From Phoronis australis (Eukaryota; Animalia; Phoronida), in contig NMRA01000106.1 in NCBI GenBank assembly GCA_002633005.1, forward strand, positions 539,655 through 603,654: a stretch of DNA of 64,000 nt, given 5' to 3'. The notes under the pieces were generated by a model. It worked only from the letters and a program-made list of their open reading frames with translations. It searched no databases and was not told the DNA's origin. The stretch's first letter is position 1, and each line of letters begins with the position of its first letter. Below, piece by piece: positions 39,033-51,685 of this stretch. A program made the translations under genes and the position numbers.

Positions 39033-39806
39033 TTAACAATGGTGGTTGTCGTTACAACCAAATTAGTTTTCTCTGGCATTTGCACAGAGATAAACCCTGT
39101 AATGTGGAGAAAAGTTCTAGCTCGGTACATTTTATATATTATAAAAAGACTAAAATGTTAATTTGCGTTGATCTTGACAATTAAAGGGCAACTTCCCAAA
39201 GGCACGTTGGTTTTAAATATGTTTCATACCTGTTTTCAGTACTTTATTTTCAATACTCCTGTCTACTTGTTTTTTTTTTCTCACCGGTTAGGGTTGCTAT
39301 CTCTTTATTTTGTTTTTAAAGTATCAAAACAACTTAGAAGTCAGTGAACCCATCCCTGAATTTAATTTCCAGATTAAAGCTACACCGAACATGTCACAGC
39401 AAACAAAATTACACGCGTCATTAGTTGAAGTTCAATCTTTATTAGAATTCAAATCATAAAATATGTGCAAAAGTGCAAATGTGGTGATAGCCAAACTGAA
39501 GATTTGGAACCTCTGGACAATTTTGGTTGCAGTAACTACGTAACTATTCTAGCTTTTCCTCGGTCATAAAAATGAAATCACAGCTCTTGCCCACCGACCA
39601 ACCTCATCCACTGCTTGTACTCTCTCGTTGACCACAAAGCTAGCCATCTTAGTTGTCTTCACTGGTGTTCCATTACAACTACAAGCTAACTATCGAAATT
39701 GGCGCATTTCAACGAATATCAGTTTTCCCGTTAGTGTACTTTGTCTACTCCTCGAGTAAAGTAGTTCGGCATGCACTGCACCATAAGCGATGTTTTAACA
39801 GTTATT

Positions 39807-40795
39807 CATAGGCGGATTTAGGGGGGGCAGGGGGTCCGCCCCCCTCCCCCCTTGGCTGCCGCAAAAAAATAAAACAGGAAGAGCGTAGGGAAATGTTGAG
39901 TTTATTAATTAACTCCGGTAATTAAAATTATACGGATGAAACAAGATTTAAATGTGTGCAGTTTTAGTGTTTGAGGGGGGGGAGCTCAGATTCATATTAA
40001 TGTGTCAAATTCGTAACGGAACTATGGCTAAGTATAGGCTCTCCCGCGATATCCCAAGGTGACCGGCAGTGGCGCTGCGCACTAAGACTCCGTTTCCGTC
40101 GTCTGCTCCACTGTGCAATGAAGAAAATTTACTTCATTTTTAAACAAAATGGAACCTGAGTGACGATGAAAAAACATAACCTGCTGGTAAGATATGAATT
40201 TTAATCGAAGCCTTAGTGAGTCACTCAGAAACTCATAATTCTCTCTTTGTCAAATCTTAACTTAAGACGATTTTCAAAGCAATCCCATCATTATTGCCAA
40301 CACGAAAAACGGATTTGGTCTTTTGGGCATTTGAAGACTATTTTAAATACAACAAATTTGTTAAGAACCGATTGCACAAAATATAAAACGTGTAATAAGC
40401 ATAACAAAAAGACGTTGGTTTCGCGCGCAAACGCTGTGGACCATAAACAAGTAGGTCTCTTTATATACGATAAGTAGTTAAATCGTGGTGGTTTAGTGGT
40501 AAAGCACGCGCGTTCTATCCGCCAGGTCGTGAACTCGAGTCTGTGGTTTTCATAGTTTTTCCTGTTTGACACGTTCTCCGTGTTTTTTGCCTTTTTTTCT
40601 TGGATAATGCTTCAGGAATTAAGGAAAATGCTTGATTTTTAGAGGAAAAAATAGAAAATTTCCCTGGGCGTGAGGGGGGCAAACCCCCCTCCCGACCTCC
40701 CCCCATTACGCATCTACAATCGTGGTTTGCGCAAATGCTTACAGCCGGACAAAATGTTGGGCCCACCCCCTTGTGATATCCTAGATCTGCCACTG
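39807..40795 (-). mobile_element. Non-autonomous hAT-like element, family A, with 5-bp TSD (hAT5-type)
   Basis: Termini CATAGGCGGATTTAG / CTAGATCTGCCACTG (imperfect TIR) flanked by TTATT on both sides. Confidence 0.75.
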
Positions 40796-41623
40796 TTATT
40801 GACATCTAATTTAGTCCCTGTGTGTTGTTTATAGATGTTTTAATGTGACTTAGTAATCCACGTGATATTCGAAACTGTGATTAGCGTCTGTACGCACAGT
40901 CGTTTATCTTCAATCGTACCCAATGTTCGTATTTTTTAGCTTAATAATTCATCGGTTTTTAAAAATCGAAGAGCAAACTTGATTTTTGTTTTCTATCTGA
41001 ATACCGCTGTTGTATTTGTTTATAGCGAAAACTGTTGGTTAATGCATTTTGAAAATTCGCCAGTATATGTACAGGCAGTTGCTCGCACCGGGCAATGCGG
41101 TCATCGCAACTGTAAGTCCGACACTGGCGCCGCGCTCTCTTTGATTCTGGTAAAAGTCGCTCAGAAGGACGAGCGGTGAAAAATCACGCACATCGTTAGA
41201 AAAGCGTGACTCATGTAAGCGTATTATTCACGGCATGATCTGCATCCGGTACTAGTTGTCCGGCATCACGGATGGATAGGAATCCGGCACTGGACGTTTT
41301 TCAGTGACTATGGCGTCTGCTTATGTGGTGTGGGCATCTACCCGGCGGATTTACAGTAGGCCTACTGAGCTTGTAGGCCTACTGGTGTTCATGTCATTCC
41401 AAGCATATAATCCGCTATCATTGGGTCTCAATACATGCGGTCATGCAAACTTTATAACGTTTTTTTCACATCAGTAGGCTAGCACCTCAGTCGTGACCGG
41501 CGCTTTCGCTTTCTGAAGTGGGAGTGAAGGCCGGAGTGTAGAACAGTCGTGGGTGTGAGGGATACAAAAGTGGAAATGATATGTATTAGACTGTGTAGTA
41601 GGACTGTACTCTCTGTTTTTAAC

Positions 41624-41670
41624 ACACGCACACACACACACACGCACGCACGCACGCACGCACACACACA
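41624..41670. repeat. (CA)n/(CACG)n microsatellite
   Basis: Direct reading. Confidence 0.9.
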
Positions 41671-41686
41671 TGCCTTATATACTATC

Positions 41687-42220
41687 AAATACAATACAAT
41701 ACAATAAGAAAGTGTCAAACACTAAAACTGAGTAACACGAGCTCTTCTTCGCTTGAATGCGAAAGGAACATATTTACGTACATGTTGACCATATAAGATC
41801 TTTTTCCTCCATAGTCAGTCTGTTGAATTTTCTAACACTGGGATTGCTGTAGCTCCATGCAGGCATATACCGTTTCCTAAGGTCCTCGTAGAATGGATAT
41901 TCGGTAACAAAATATTCTCACTCGACACATGCCTAACACAGAAAGGGCATAATCGTTCTGGTCTGCTAAGTTTCAAGTGTCTACCTTCTCAATCATTAGT
42001 GCATGCGCTGAACATCTTGATCTTACCATATCAGATCTTACATTTACATTGTCAATTACATCTAAATAATTTTCAAAACATAATATTTAGCTTAAAAATT
42101 CTTTAAGTTTCCAGCTTAATCGAATTGTTCAATTTCTTGCCATTTTTGCTGATCAATATCTTTGCTTCTCTGTTTAAAAAGTGGTATGAAGCTTGTCTCG
42201 GAACCTACACCCTGATTGTA
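41687..42220 (-). mobile_element. LINE 3' end (ORF2 C-terminus with Cys/His motif and probable (TATTG)n tail)
   Basis: Minus-strand YNQGVG..FKQR..DIDQQKW, SAHALMIE..RHL, ERLCPFC remnants; (ATACA)n at 41688-41705. Confidence 0.65.
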
Positions 42221-42298
42221 CATAGGCGGATTTTAGGGTGGGGTGGGGCAGGGGCCCCGCTCCCTCCCCCCCCCCCTTGGCTGCCGCAAAAAATAAAA
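42221..42298 (+). mobile_element. Left end of another family-A element, cut by the assembly gap (N at 42299-42358)
   Basis: cataggcggatttt..ccccccttggctgccgcaaaaaataaaa closely matches 39807-39873. Confidence 0.75.
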
Positions 42299-42358
42299 NN
42301 NNNNNNNNNNNNNNNNNNNNNNNNNNNNNNNNNNNNNNNNNNNNNNNNNNNNNNNNNN

Positions 42359-42664
42359 AAACTGGAATTTGAAGGGGACTACTGCATCGCCCTTTGCTCT
42401 AAAACCTATTACGTGGGGGCGGACGACGGTCAATCCCACTTTAGCTGTAAAGGAGTGCAAAGACAAAGAAATGCAATCGACAAGGCGAGGTATCTCAAAG
42501 TATTACAGACCACAAAGAGTAGCTCGGCCCTCAACAAAGGATTCCGGTTAGGCGGTGACAACACTATGTATACTTACCTGCAAGAGAGGTGCGCGTTCAC
42601 CTACTTTTACCCCAAACGACAAGTGTTCGACGACGGCGTCACCACTGGACCTTTGAACATTTAA
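42359..42664 (+). CDS. C-terminal part of a protein-primed family B DNA polymerase (Polinton/Maverick/adintovirus type); 5' part lost in the gap
   Basis: KLEFEG..IALCSKTYY..FSCKGVQ..NKGFR..MYTYLQERCAFTYFYPKRQVFDDGVTTGPLNI*, open with no stops. Confidence 0.9.
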   Translation, partial: KLEFEGDYCIALCSKTYYVGADDGQSHFSCKGVQRQRNAIDKARYLKVLQTTKSSSALNKGFRLGGDNTMYTYLQERCAFTYFYPKRQVFDDGVTTGPLNI

Positions 42665-43247
42665 TTCGGACATTTGATCAATTTGCTATAGACTACTTTT
42701 CTGAACGTTTTGATGATTTTAACATTTAATTCGGACATTTGATCAATTTGCTATAGACTACTGAACGTTTTGATGATTTTATATTTGTATGATTTTTGTA
42801 GTGTTGGTTTGTCATTAATACACGTTTAAACGCTATCAGTTTTATGTTCTGCGTTAGCTGGTCGCTTCTTCTTATTATTAGTATTATTAGTACGATTCGC
42901 TCAGTACCGTCGGGGCCTGGGTTAGACTTTACACGACATCTGTTGTTGGGTTGGGTGGTTCTCGCCTTTTACCTTTTGTTTTTGATGAGACAAACACACA
43001 ATATACAACGACAGGCACACGAACTCATCCACGTTTTGTTCTTGTCATCCCTCTTTTGTTTCAATCCGTTGCTAGGAGCCGCGAAACGAGGTGTCTCTCT
43101 AATTAAATCTATGACGTCATGACGTCATTGACACATCCGTCCGGTAGGTGGCCCGATCGCAGTTATCCCACGTGACCTCCTTTCATATAGATGACCTTTG
43201 ACCGAGGAGCCGCAAAACGGGGCATCTAAATGACTTACTATACTACT
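42359..43247 (+). mobile_element. Polinton/Maverick end: polB 3' end plus terminal repeat region
   Basis: Terminus reads AGTAGTATAGTAAGTCAT on the minus strand (AG../AGT-repeat end typical of Polintons) and directly abuts LINE RT sequence at 43248. Confidence 0.75.
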
Positions 43248-44240
43248 AATATCAAACTAACTTTAATGGGAAGTGCATTAAAACCATTGAGATCTTTCCT
43301 CATTATCATAACAGGCTGCTAAGGTAGTGAATTTAGAGTTTTCTGTGGGCAAGACCACGAAACTTTAATCCTAAATAGTTGTATGCATTTACAATATTAA
43401 CAGTATTCCCATCATACGTCCATTTTTCATACGATTTTAACATTCCACCCTTTCTGAAAACAATTATCTTAGTCTTCGGCATGTAAACAATCAACTTCCA
43501 TTTCTGACAATACTCGTATAAAATATTCAATTTTTTGTAGTCCTTTAACCCTATAGGAAAATAAAACCAAATCATCAGCAAACAGCAGATGCAATAATTC
43601 AGCTGATCCCATGGATTTATTTCACCGCCACCGGATTCTAATTTTTGTTCTAAATCATTTATAAATAAAATAAACAAAAACGGTGATAGCTGAAAGCCTT
43701 GTTTTAGACCATTCTGACAATCAAAGAACTCCGTATTGCTCCCTTTATTCAATCTCACGCACGCTTTGACTTCAGCGTACATTGCTTTGATTATCGTATA
43801 CGTCTTACCTTCTATGCGATTGTTCTTTAATTTAAAATATAATGGGCTTCTGTATATACTGTCAAAAGCGGCTTTAAAATCCACGATAGCATAACAGAAA
43901 CTACCTTTCTCTCGTGACAAATATTGAATTATTAACGTATATAAAGCAAACGTGTGATCCACCGCATTGTGCCCTTTCCTAAACGCAGCTTGAGACATAC
44001 TAATTGTTTTCTGTTTCCGATCATTATTGAAGTCACTGGCACAATATGTTTTCGAATATTTTGCCTGTGACTTGCATGATGTAAATTCCTCTGAAATTTT
44101 CAGGTATTTTGGTACCGCCCTTAAATATCGGTACTATGATCGATTTTGTCCATTCTTTTGGAAACACCCCATTTTTTAATAAAGTAGTTGTACAGATGGA
44201 ACAGCGAATTATACATAGAAGTACACGTCTTGTGCTCACC
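43248..44240 (-). mobile_element. LINE reverse transcriptase core, frameshifted; probably the same LINE as 41687-42220
   Basis: FPKEWTKSIIVPIFKGG..ENFRGI, QAAFRKG..VDH.F, VDFKAAFDS, GLKQG..LSPFLF.LFINDL, LLFADDL (alternate frame ~43570-43590), KTKIIVF, YNYLG. Confidence 0.9.
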
Positions 44241-46749
44241 TTTACTAATTTAGGACTTTCAGATTTTTACGTAAAATGATTGTGTTCTCTGCCACCCTAA
44301 AAACTCTTTTCACTGCTTTTCGAAGCCACGAAAATACTTATAGTATACTCTACAGCTCTACAGTTAAGTTATTTTTAAGTAACTAGCGTCCTTACCCGAA
44401 GATATGCTTTAATATGATTAAGGAAAATACTGTGGTACCGCAACCCTCAGTGAGATTCAAATGAATCGACGTGCAGCGTTTTTACCTGATATGTTATGCC
44501 TTGTCATGTTATTACACTCCACACGTTTGTAACTTGAATTTAAGTGGTGTATAATAAAATTGTCTTGCGCATTCAACATCTCGTGTACATGTAATGTGTT
44601 TGTTTTAAAAAACGATCAATTCGTTTTCCAAAGAATTGGGCCCCAGTTGTGGTGGGCGCTGTGGTTTGGTGGCGAGTCCGTTTCAAGATACACCCTATCA
44701 AGTTAGGTCTATACAAGGAATGAATCCGGCCGGGCACACACATTGACAAGGTGACCGCATTCGCGAACAGTGTACAGTACCAGAAATTGCGGGTAAGCTG
44801 TACTTTTTCAGCAAAGTCTTGCAGGCCTCGCGCGGTGTTCAATAGGCCTCATAAGGAACCCTGGTTCCGAACTTAGCACTAACCGTCTTCCTACCCCGCA
44901 ATCACTCCCGTTTTCTATACCGGGAATTTCTTCACAAAAGCCCACCCGATGAAACGCCCATGCCCATGGGAATTTTAATTGGTTTTACAATTTCGGGTTT
45001 CGTGTTCAGACATTGAGACGTTTATTTAGAATATTGCAAGATTGGTCCTGGAATCCATCGTCTTTGACGAAAGCAAAAGGTTTGAAGCAACCCATGGTGA
45101 ACGGGTCAAATATAGTTGCACTCGTAACTCTTTTAAATGGACTTGGCAACCTTATTTATGTAGCGTTTGACAGTACTTTTTGGTCAAGCGATAGATCGAC
45201 TTTTTTGTATGGATAATATGCATAGGTGTACTTTTGTCTCGTGACGGTCCAGGCCATATTGATTGTGTACATGTAGATATTGGCTCTCAATGTACATTTC
45301 GACCCTCGTCGAACTGGTCTTAGTTGTACATGCATATCTTTCCACCACAGTATACAGTACGTTTTGGTTCCGAGAAAACGTTTTCAGGTGATTTTTTTCT
45401 TGATACATTAGACATTTTTCAATTATTGTGAAACACGATAGCACAACAATCAATGTGATTCAGCTTAGCGAAGCGATATTTAAGTGTTTATTGTCGCTTT
45501 TAATGACGGACTATGCGCTGAGATCACCATCGTTCGTCAGTTTTTCTCTTATACTGACGAGACTGAACATCTGTTTATTTCCGGGCATGTCACGCGATCA
45601 TCTGAGAGGCCTAATCACGTGATGGGGTTTTTACGCGGCCGTTGGTGATCCTTTTCTTGAAGATTGGGTAGTTGTCTAAATCACTGCGTACACACTACGC
45701 TTTTTCGTATACGCGACTTTTCGTGTGTTAAAATCGGTGTGTGTAGATGGATGTTCCACATAAAATTTTGCTGGTGGGTGTGACTCATACCCGGATGTGC
45801 ACAAATATGTTTTTACGGAACTCATGAGCCGTGTTCATGAGACCAAATCTAGAAGGGATTTAAATCATCTTAAAAACTCCAGCGACACGTTAACTTCCAC
45901 AAACTCTCCAGGATGCATGGAAATTGCTCTATTTGGCTACAAAATCATGGATTTCTCTTACACCGTGGGAGGGAGAACACACCTCCCGCCCGCTCAGCGC
46001 TACGTGCCTTGGATTCGCGCGAAACATGGATCGGTCGCTGATGAACATGTATATTGTTCTTGATAAGTTCTTATTTTTATAATACTCTCAAGTAGGTCTA
46101 CACCTTGGAAGTAGCATATCAATACAACTAGTCGCATAAATTATCGAAAATATATTGCAATTCTTCCTTCATGTCTTTCAATTCTTCTCCACTGCACGAT
46201 TGTTGCTGGTCGTGAAACTATACGATTACGTGATATAGTAATTATCATCAGACAGCACGAAACGCAGGCCACGGTGAAATTTGAAAGTTGAAATCGTTTA
46301 AAAACAATGATGCTTCTCCCAAACCATAACGGCTTCCAGTGCTTGAAAAAGCTAGAAAAGAACAATGTGTGCTTATGCGAGAACCGTGACAAGGGTGACT
46401 GCAATTTCCCACGCCGGACGTTTTTGTAGGAGTTGCTTGCAGATCGTTTCACTACATGCATGTGTGAAAATAACGGTCAAGTCATTATTTAAGGACATCA
46501 GTACGATCGAATCGCAAAACGCAATCATATATGACACTTTGTAAGTACGTGTTAGCCAAATGCGACATACATTGTAAGTCCTATTTATAATTCGCAATAT
46601 ATTCCAGTAATAATTCTTTTGCCAATCACAAGCCAGGAATAAGTGCTGTAATAAATATTTATTACTGTAAGTAATATATATTCCAGAAATAAATTATTAC
46701 TGAAACAAATCAACTGATTTGATTCCAGGAAAAATTACTACAATAAATG

Positions 46750-47381
46750 CATCGGACTTTTATCGCTCTTGGCCTACGATACACGTTTTTGGAAGTTTGG
46801 CCGACATCCGATGAGTGTCTTTTCTGTAGAAGCAATTGCTCACAGAAGGTTCTTCCTAAACGTATACCTGTAAATCAAGAACGGACCATAATTCATGAAA
46901 ATACCGTCAAATTGTAAAACACTGGTACATACGCTAGAACATTTCAGGATGATGCATTTCCTGAATTTAAGTCGAAATCCGATTGGAAATGCAGGAGGAA
47001 TTGCTGACTCCGGAAGAAGTTCCTGCATGCATGCGTGAAAGTCAAAAACGGAGCAAGTACGGTCGAATTGCAAAACACTGATAAAATGCACCAGGACACT
47101 TCATGGTGGTACATTCATGATTTTTTATCGAAATCTGGTGAGAAGTATAGAAGAAGCAATGCACAGACAGGATCGTTTTTCAACAAGCAAGTGTGAAAAT
47201 AAAGATCTCAGTGGTCAAATCGCTAAATGCCCACAAACTTTTTGATAAGGCACTTCGAACAGATTTTTGGAAGTTTGGTCAACATCCAATGAGAAATGTA
47301 GCAGGAGTTGAGTACAGAACATTTCTTTGCACGGACGGGCGGAATTATTGAGCTTCACCTTCGCTTTCGACGGGGTACAAA
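46750..47381 (+). mobile_element. Non-autonomous Helentron/HINE-like repeat with internal sub-repeats (tentative)
   Basis: Repeated tttttggaagtttgg(c/t)c(g/a)acatcc(g/a)atgag..tgtag modules, ACGG micro-repeat and a 3' GC-rich short stem followed by acaaa. Confidence 0.4.
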
Positions 47382-48967
47382 ATGCTCAATGTCTGTCAAC
47401 AACTTGGCTGCTGGTTGGCGCTGAAAAGCAATCTCAGTCATCAACCTCAATGTTACTGAAGTGCAAATACATGTATGTTGGAAACTTTCACGTACTCAAC
47501 GCTGCCAAATTCGCGCTTACAACACCATCAAAAGGTTCAATGGTGTCCACAATCTGGAGGGGAGAGGGCAGAAACCTTGACCTCATAGTTTACTTTAAAA
47601 ATGAGTCACGTGCCTGTGTATGCACTGCCTGTGACGTGAGTTGGCATCGGAAATAGAATTCTATTGTGGTAAGTAAATGAGAAACTGGTTTTATAACGGC
47701 GAAAAACCAATAAGCATTTCCCTTTATTATCTAGCAAAATGGGGCGAAACAAGGCTTTTATTGGGATGTCGAAGGCAATTTCATTGTCCACTGAGACGGT
47801 GCTAATGTTGTACTGTTGAACAAGAAACGCAGAAAGGTAAAAAAGGGCTCTCAATTTGTGCACACTTGCTTATAATTAAAATAGAAGTGAGAGATAAGTC
47901 AACCGAATATTTCCAGATTTCGCTCTTGTGAGCATTCGTGGTTATAGGCATTTTCCGCCAACTTCGGCTCGTTCGATCCCCCCCCCGAGCCCCCCTGGGT
48001 TCGCCCGTGTTTTATTCTATTATAAAAAAGAGGTTGGTCATATGCGTTACTGCAAAAGTATTTCTGGCATGTTCCCGGCTTTGTTTTATTGCATGTACAG
48101 TTTAGGTACTAGTAATGTTGGTATGTTTTCAGTGCAACTTTTAGAAGTAATTAAAGTGGTTTTATAGAACAAGTTCAAAATGCGCTTTAGTGTTTTAAAA
48201 CATTTGAGAAAAGGTAATTGAATAATTTGGTATAAAAGGTTTTTCGGTCTTCTCAAAATATTCATTTTGCCTGCAGCTAATTCCAAACCCCACAGTCTCC
48301 ATTTTTCTCAAGCATTAGCCATCCTATTTGCACTTTTTAAAACAATGTATACATTATTAATTAACAAGTATTGGTTTTAATACGGGATATTGCAATTACG
48401 CTGAACTTCAGCATAACTAAGTTCATTTTCAGGTAAAAATGGTTACTTGTGCCTCTAATGTTAATAAGATCACAGGCTCATAAATTACTAAGGCACTGGT
48501 TTGAAATAGATAATTTTGCAAAAACGGCAAGGCCAGTGTTATTTCTGCTGTCTCGACATCTGAAAAATAAGAGCGACTAGTCTTAGATTTGAAGAAATGC
48601 CTTGACCTTAAACTCGAACAGAAGCCCGTGACCATACATGTATATTTGAGTGTTGCGCTTTCCACTGTTTCCAGAAAATGCATCGTTTTGCCTATAACAC
48701 CAAGGCCTGTGCACGGGATTTTATGGTAAGTTAGGCTTTGCAGAGAGCTACGTGCTCTCCCAATACGTTACGCGACCATTGATTGATATTGGCTTGCTTT
48801 TTTCTTTGACGTTTAATCAGCTATTCTACTTTGCGGCTGTCTAAATAGGAATGCTGTAAGCAGTCTGCGGCACGACAAAATATGAGTTGGCTGCTAATAC
48901 AGTTCTGATTTGTCAGTTGGCCAATCTCAGTGCGTCAATGCAAATGCCTACGTCGCTGGCGCGCTAC

Positions 48968-49122
48968 CTGGCGTGCGTTCTGTAACGCTAGGACTTACGC
49001 TAGGACCTAGCTAAAATCTAGTCAACGTCATGTGTTCTCATTTAAAATACACGTAAATATCTCTCGTAATCTCGCGAAGTGTTGCTTTTAGCGAGGTCCT
49101 AACGTTACTGAACGGGAGGGTG
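48968..49122. mobile_element. MITE family M1, copy 2
   Basis: Homologous to 4474-4629. Confidence 0.8.
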
Positions 49123-51237
49123 GTATACTATAATGTGTTCCAGCTGGGAAGAGTACGGCCGACATTTTTGAGGACTACTTCGACTACTAGGGCGTCTCCT
49201 AGAGGCAATTTAGATTTTCAGTTGTGCATGCTTCAATATCTATCACTTTGTTCATTGGTGGATGGTCTGGTAAATTTGCGAATACGTTTCTATCAAGGAG
49301 ACGACGGCACCTGCCTTTTTGCGGACGAATTTAACTAATGTGATCCCCTAGTGCCCTAGTGCCTTTGTAAATTATTTTTTGTGTTTTCAGTCGCTCGCTT
49401 AAAATCATAAAATATGATGTTCCTTTTGAAGAGAGCATGGCTGAAGTTGAATTCAGTCCGACAGATTTGACAACTATGGCGTCTTTTTGTGGCAACTGGC
49501 GAGTTTGGTTTTCTTTACCTTTGCCTTAATATCTACCAAGTTCTTTAATCTGATACTATCGAAGAGACCATGGTAGCCGTTGACTGTCTTAAAGACCGGT
49601 AAACCATGGCGCTACCTAGTTGAATTTTAACGGCTGCCTCAGTATCTACGGTGTTCCTTGACGGATGGACTACTGAAGATGCGTAATGTAACTTATTTTA
49701 CTTTCTCGAAACCAACAGTTAAACACGTCAAAACCAGCGCCTGTGAGCTCAAGCCTTTGCCATTAAAAAGCTTCCATCAATGTCAATGCACAGTGTCGAT
49801 GAATGCCCCGCGTAGTGTCGCTCAATATGAATGTAAAATTCTGCGCTGATACGCGGTGAGAGTCGCACGTAGTTTCTTGAAAATTTAACATTACATCACT
49901 GTCTGCAGTTTCTCACTCTGTTCACTTTGAACCTTTTATGGATAAATATTATGATGCCTTCTTTCTATTACGATGGAACAATTCCCAGAAGATTATTCTT
50001 GTAGCAGTCTGGGGCTACATGTATATTGTATTCACTACACGGGTAAAAGCAAAAATTGAAACACTTTGTATTCAAACAATAAGTGATATATTAGATAATA
50101 AAATAAGGGTTGTGCATGTCTGGTGGGAGTTTGCTGAACTTCAGTCCTTTTGCTCGTCATCACGTTCTCAAGTTGTTCTGAAGTTCTTCGTCATCCTAGC
50201 AGTGGTGTAGGCGTGGAAACGGAAATTCATGAGTGACGTATTTCAGAGTAAACTCGGATTGTGTTCCCTAGACACGAGTCGTTAGCGTATGGAACGGAAA
50301 CAGCGAATTCTAACTTACGATACAACAAAACCACCTGAATCCAGCCTCACCGACCAATTCTTCGCTGGCCGCCGTTTTGGTGGGTTACACTTGTATACTT
50401 GCGAAACATACATTTGCTTTTCACTCACATGGTTTAACGTTATTTTTTTCATGCATGACCTCGTTTTTTTGTTCGTTTTTAGCTGGCGTCAAAGCCTCTG
50501 GCAGGTATAACCAGGGGAAATGGTTGCAAGTGGCACAATGACCCACTTGACAACGAATCTTTCGTAGACTGTCTTGACTTCAGTCTTAGCTTTATGCATC
50601 TTCTATAAACCAATTGAACTTGTTACCCAGTTGTTTTGTATCACTTCGCTTTCCGTACATCGCATGGAATGCGTTTCCTTTAGACTGTCCGATGGCTTCC
50701 CGCATCCGGGACATCCAGTGGTGAGCAGTGTATTCTGGGCTCAAAAATCGTTTGCTGATTCCACCTAAAACTGAAAATATATTAATACAATTTCTGAAGC
50801 AAAACTTCTACGCCACCGGGCCCTAATGTAAAAGTCAACTTTCTTTGTTGGTGCATTTGCCCTTCCAAAGCGAGGTCAATGAATTCTTTAACCTTTTTTG
50901 AAGCGCCAATAAACCTGCGTTACGTGGAAGAATTTAGTTTTTGCCGCTATAGAATTGGTTTCAACTTGTTACATATTCAAACAGAAGTGATGTTTGGTAT
51001 TCTACAGCTCATTATTGCTCGACACTATGATCAGCGAATCAAATGACACGCCGTGACAAGCCGAATGTGGGAGACTTCTCTCGAGCGCCTATTTTGAGTA
51101 AGGAATAATTTGAAACCAATTTCTTAACTGTAAGTGGTCTGCAGAAAACAAAGGTTTTTTATTCGTGACATTTAGCCAATTGACGATTCGGAGCAATTTA
51201 AAGTAACATTATTGACCAAAAAGTAATTTTCTTATAT

Positions 51238-51295
51238 CAGCCCGAACGGGGATTCGAACAGGGAACATTCGCATTCGTAGCCTAACGCTGTCCTA
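51238..51295 (-). repeat. tRNA-derived fragment (SINE head or tRNA pseudogene), 5' truncated
   Basis: Minus strand ..ggctacgaat..cctgttcgaatccccgttcgggctg has a B-box/T-loop GTTCGAATCC; no complete cloverleaf. Confidence 0.35.
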
Positions 51296-51605
51296 AATCA
51301 AAATTAGTGTACAACAAATCCGGCGCCTGGAATTCTTTGTCTTGACAACTGAAACATATCCGCCACAATAAATAACTTCATTTTCTGGACCTGATCTGAA
51401 GCAATAACTACTTGTCAGCGTCTCTTCTTATGCGCAGAAACCATTCCTAATCTCAGTAAGAAACGAGGTGAGACCGACTTTACAACGGGAAGTGTATTAA
51501 TTAAACAGTTGAAAAACTCTCAAGCTTGCTGCCACGTCAAACTAGAAAAATGTCATATTTCCGTAGCCGATTGTAGACGGAGAAAGGACAACCGATTCAT
51601 GAAGG

Positions 51606-51685
51606 ATAAAAAAAAACTAAAAAAAAAAGAAAAAAAAACAAAGGAAAAAAAACAAAAGAAAAAAAAACAAAGGAAAAAAACAAAG
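51606..51685. repeat. A-rich low-complexity tract
   Basis: Direct reading. Confidence 0.85.

Noticed and set aside
42125-42664. A single 179-aa ORF across the gap
   Set aside because: It joins antisense LINE sequence, a MITE end and polB across Ns; only 42359-42664 is real coding sequence.
42844-43122. Hydrophobic 92-aa ORF as a Polinton membrane protein
   Set aside because: It lies in T-rich subterminal sequence with no recognisable motif; unsupported without homologues.
51238-51295. Functional tRNA gene
   Set aside because: No D-arm/A-box or acceptor-stem pairing; only the T-loop region is recognisable.
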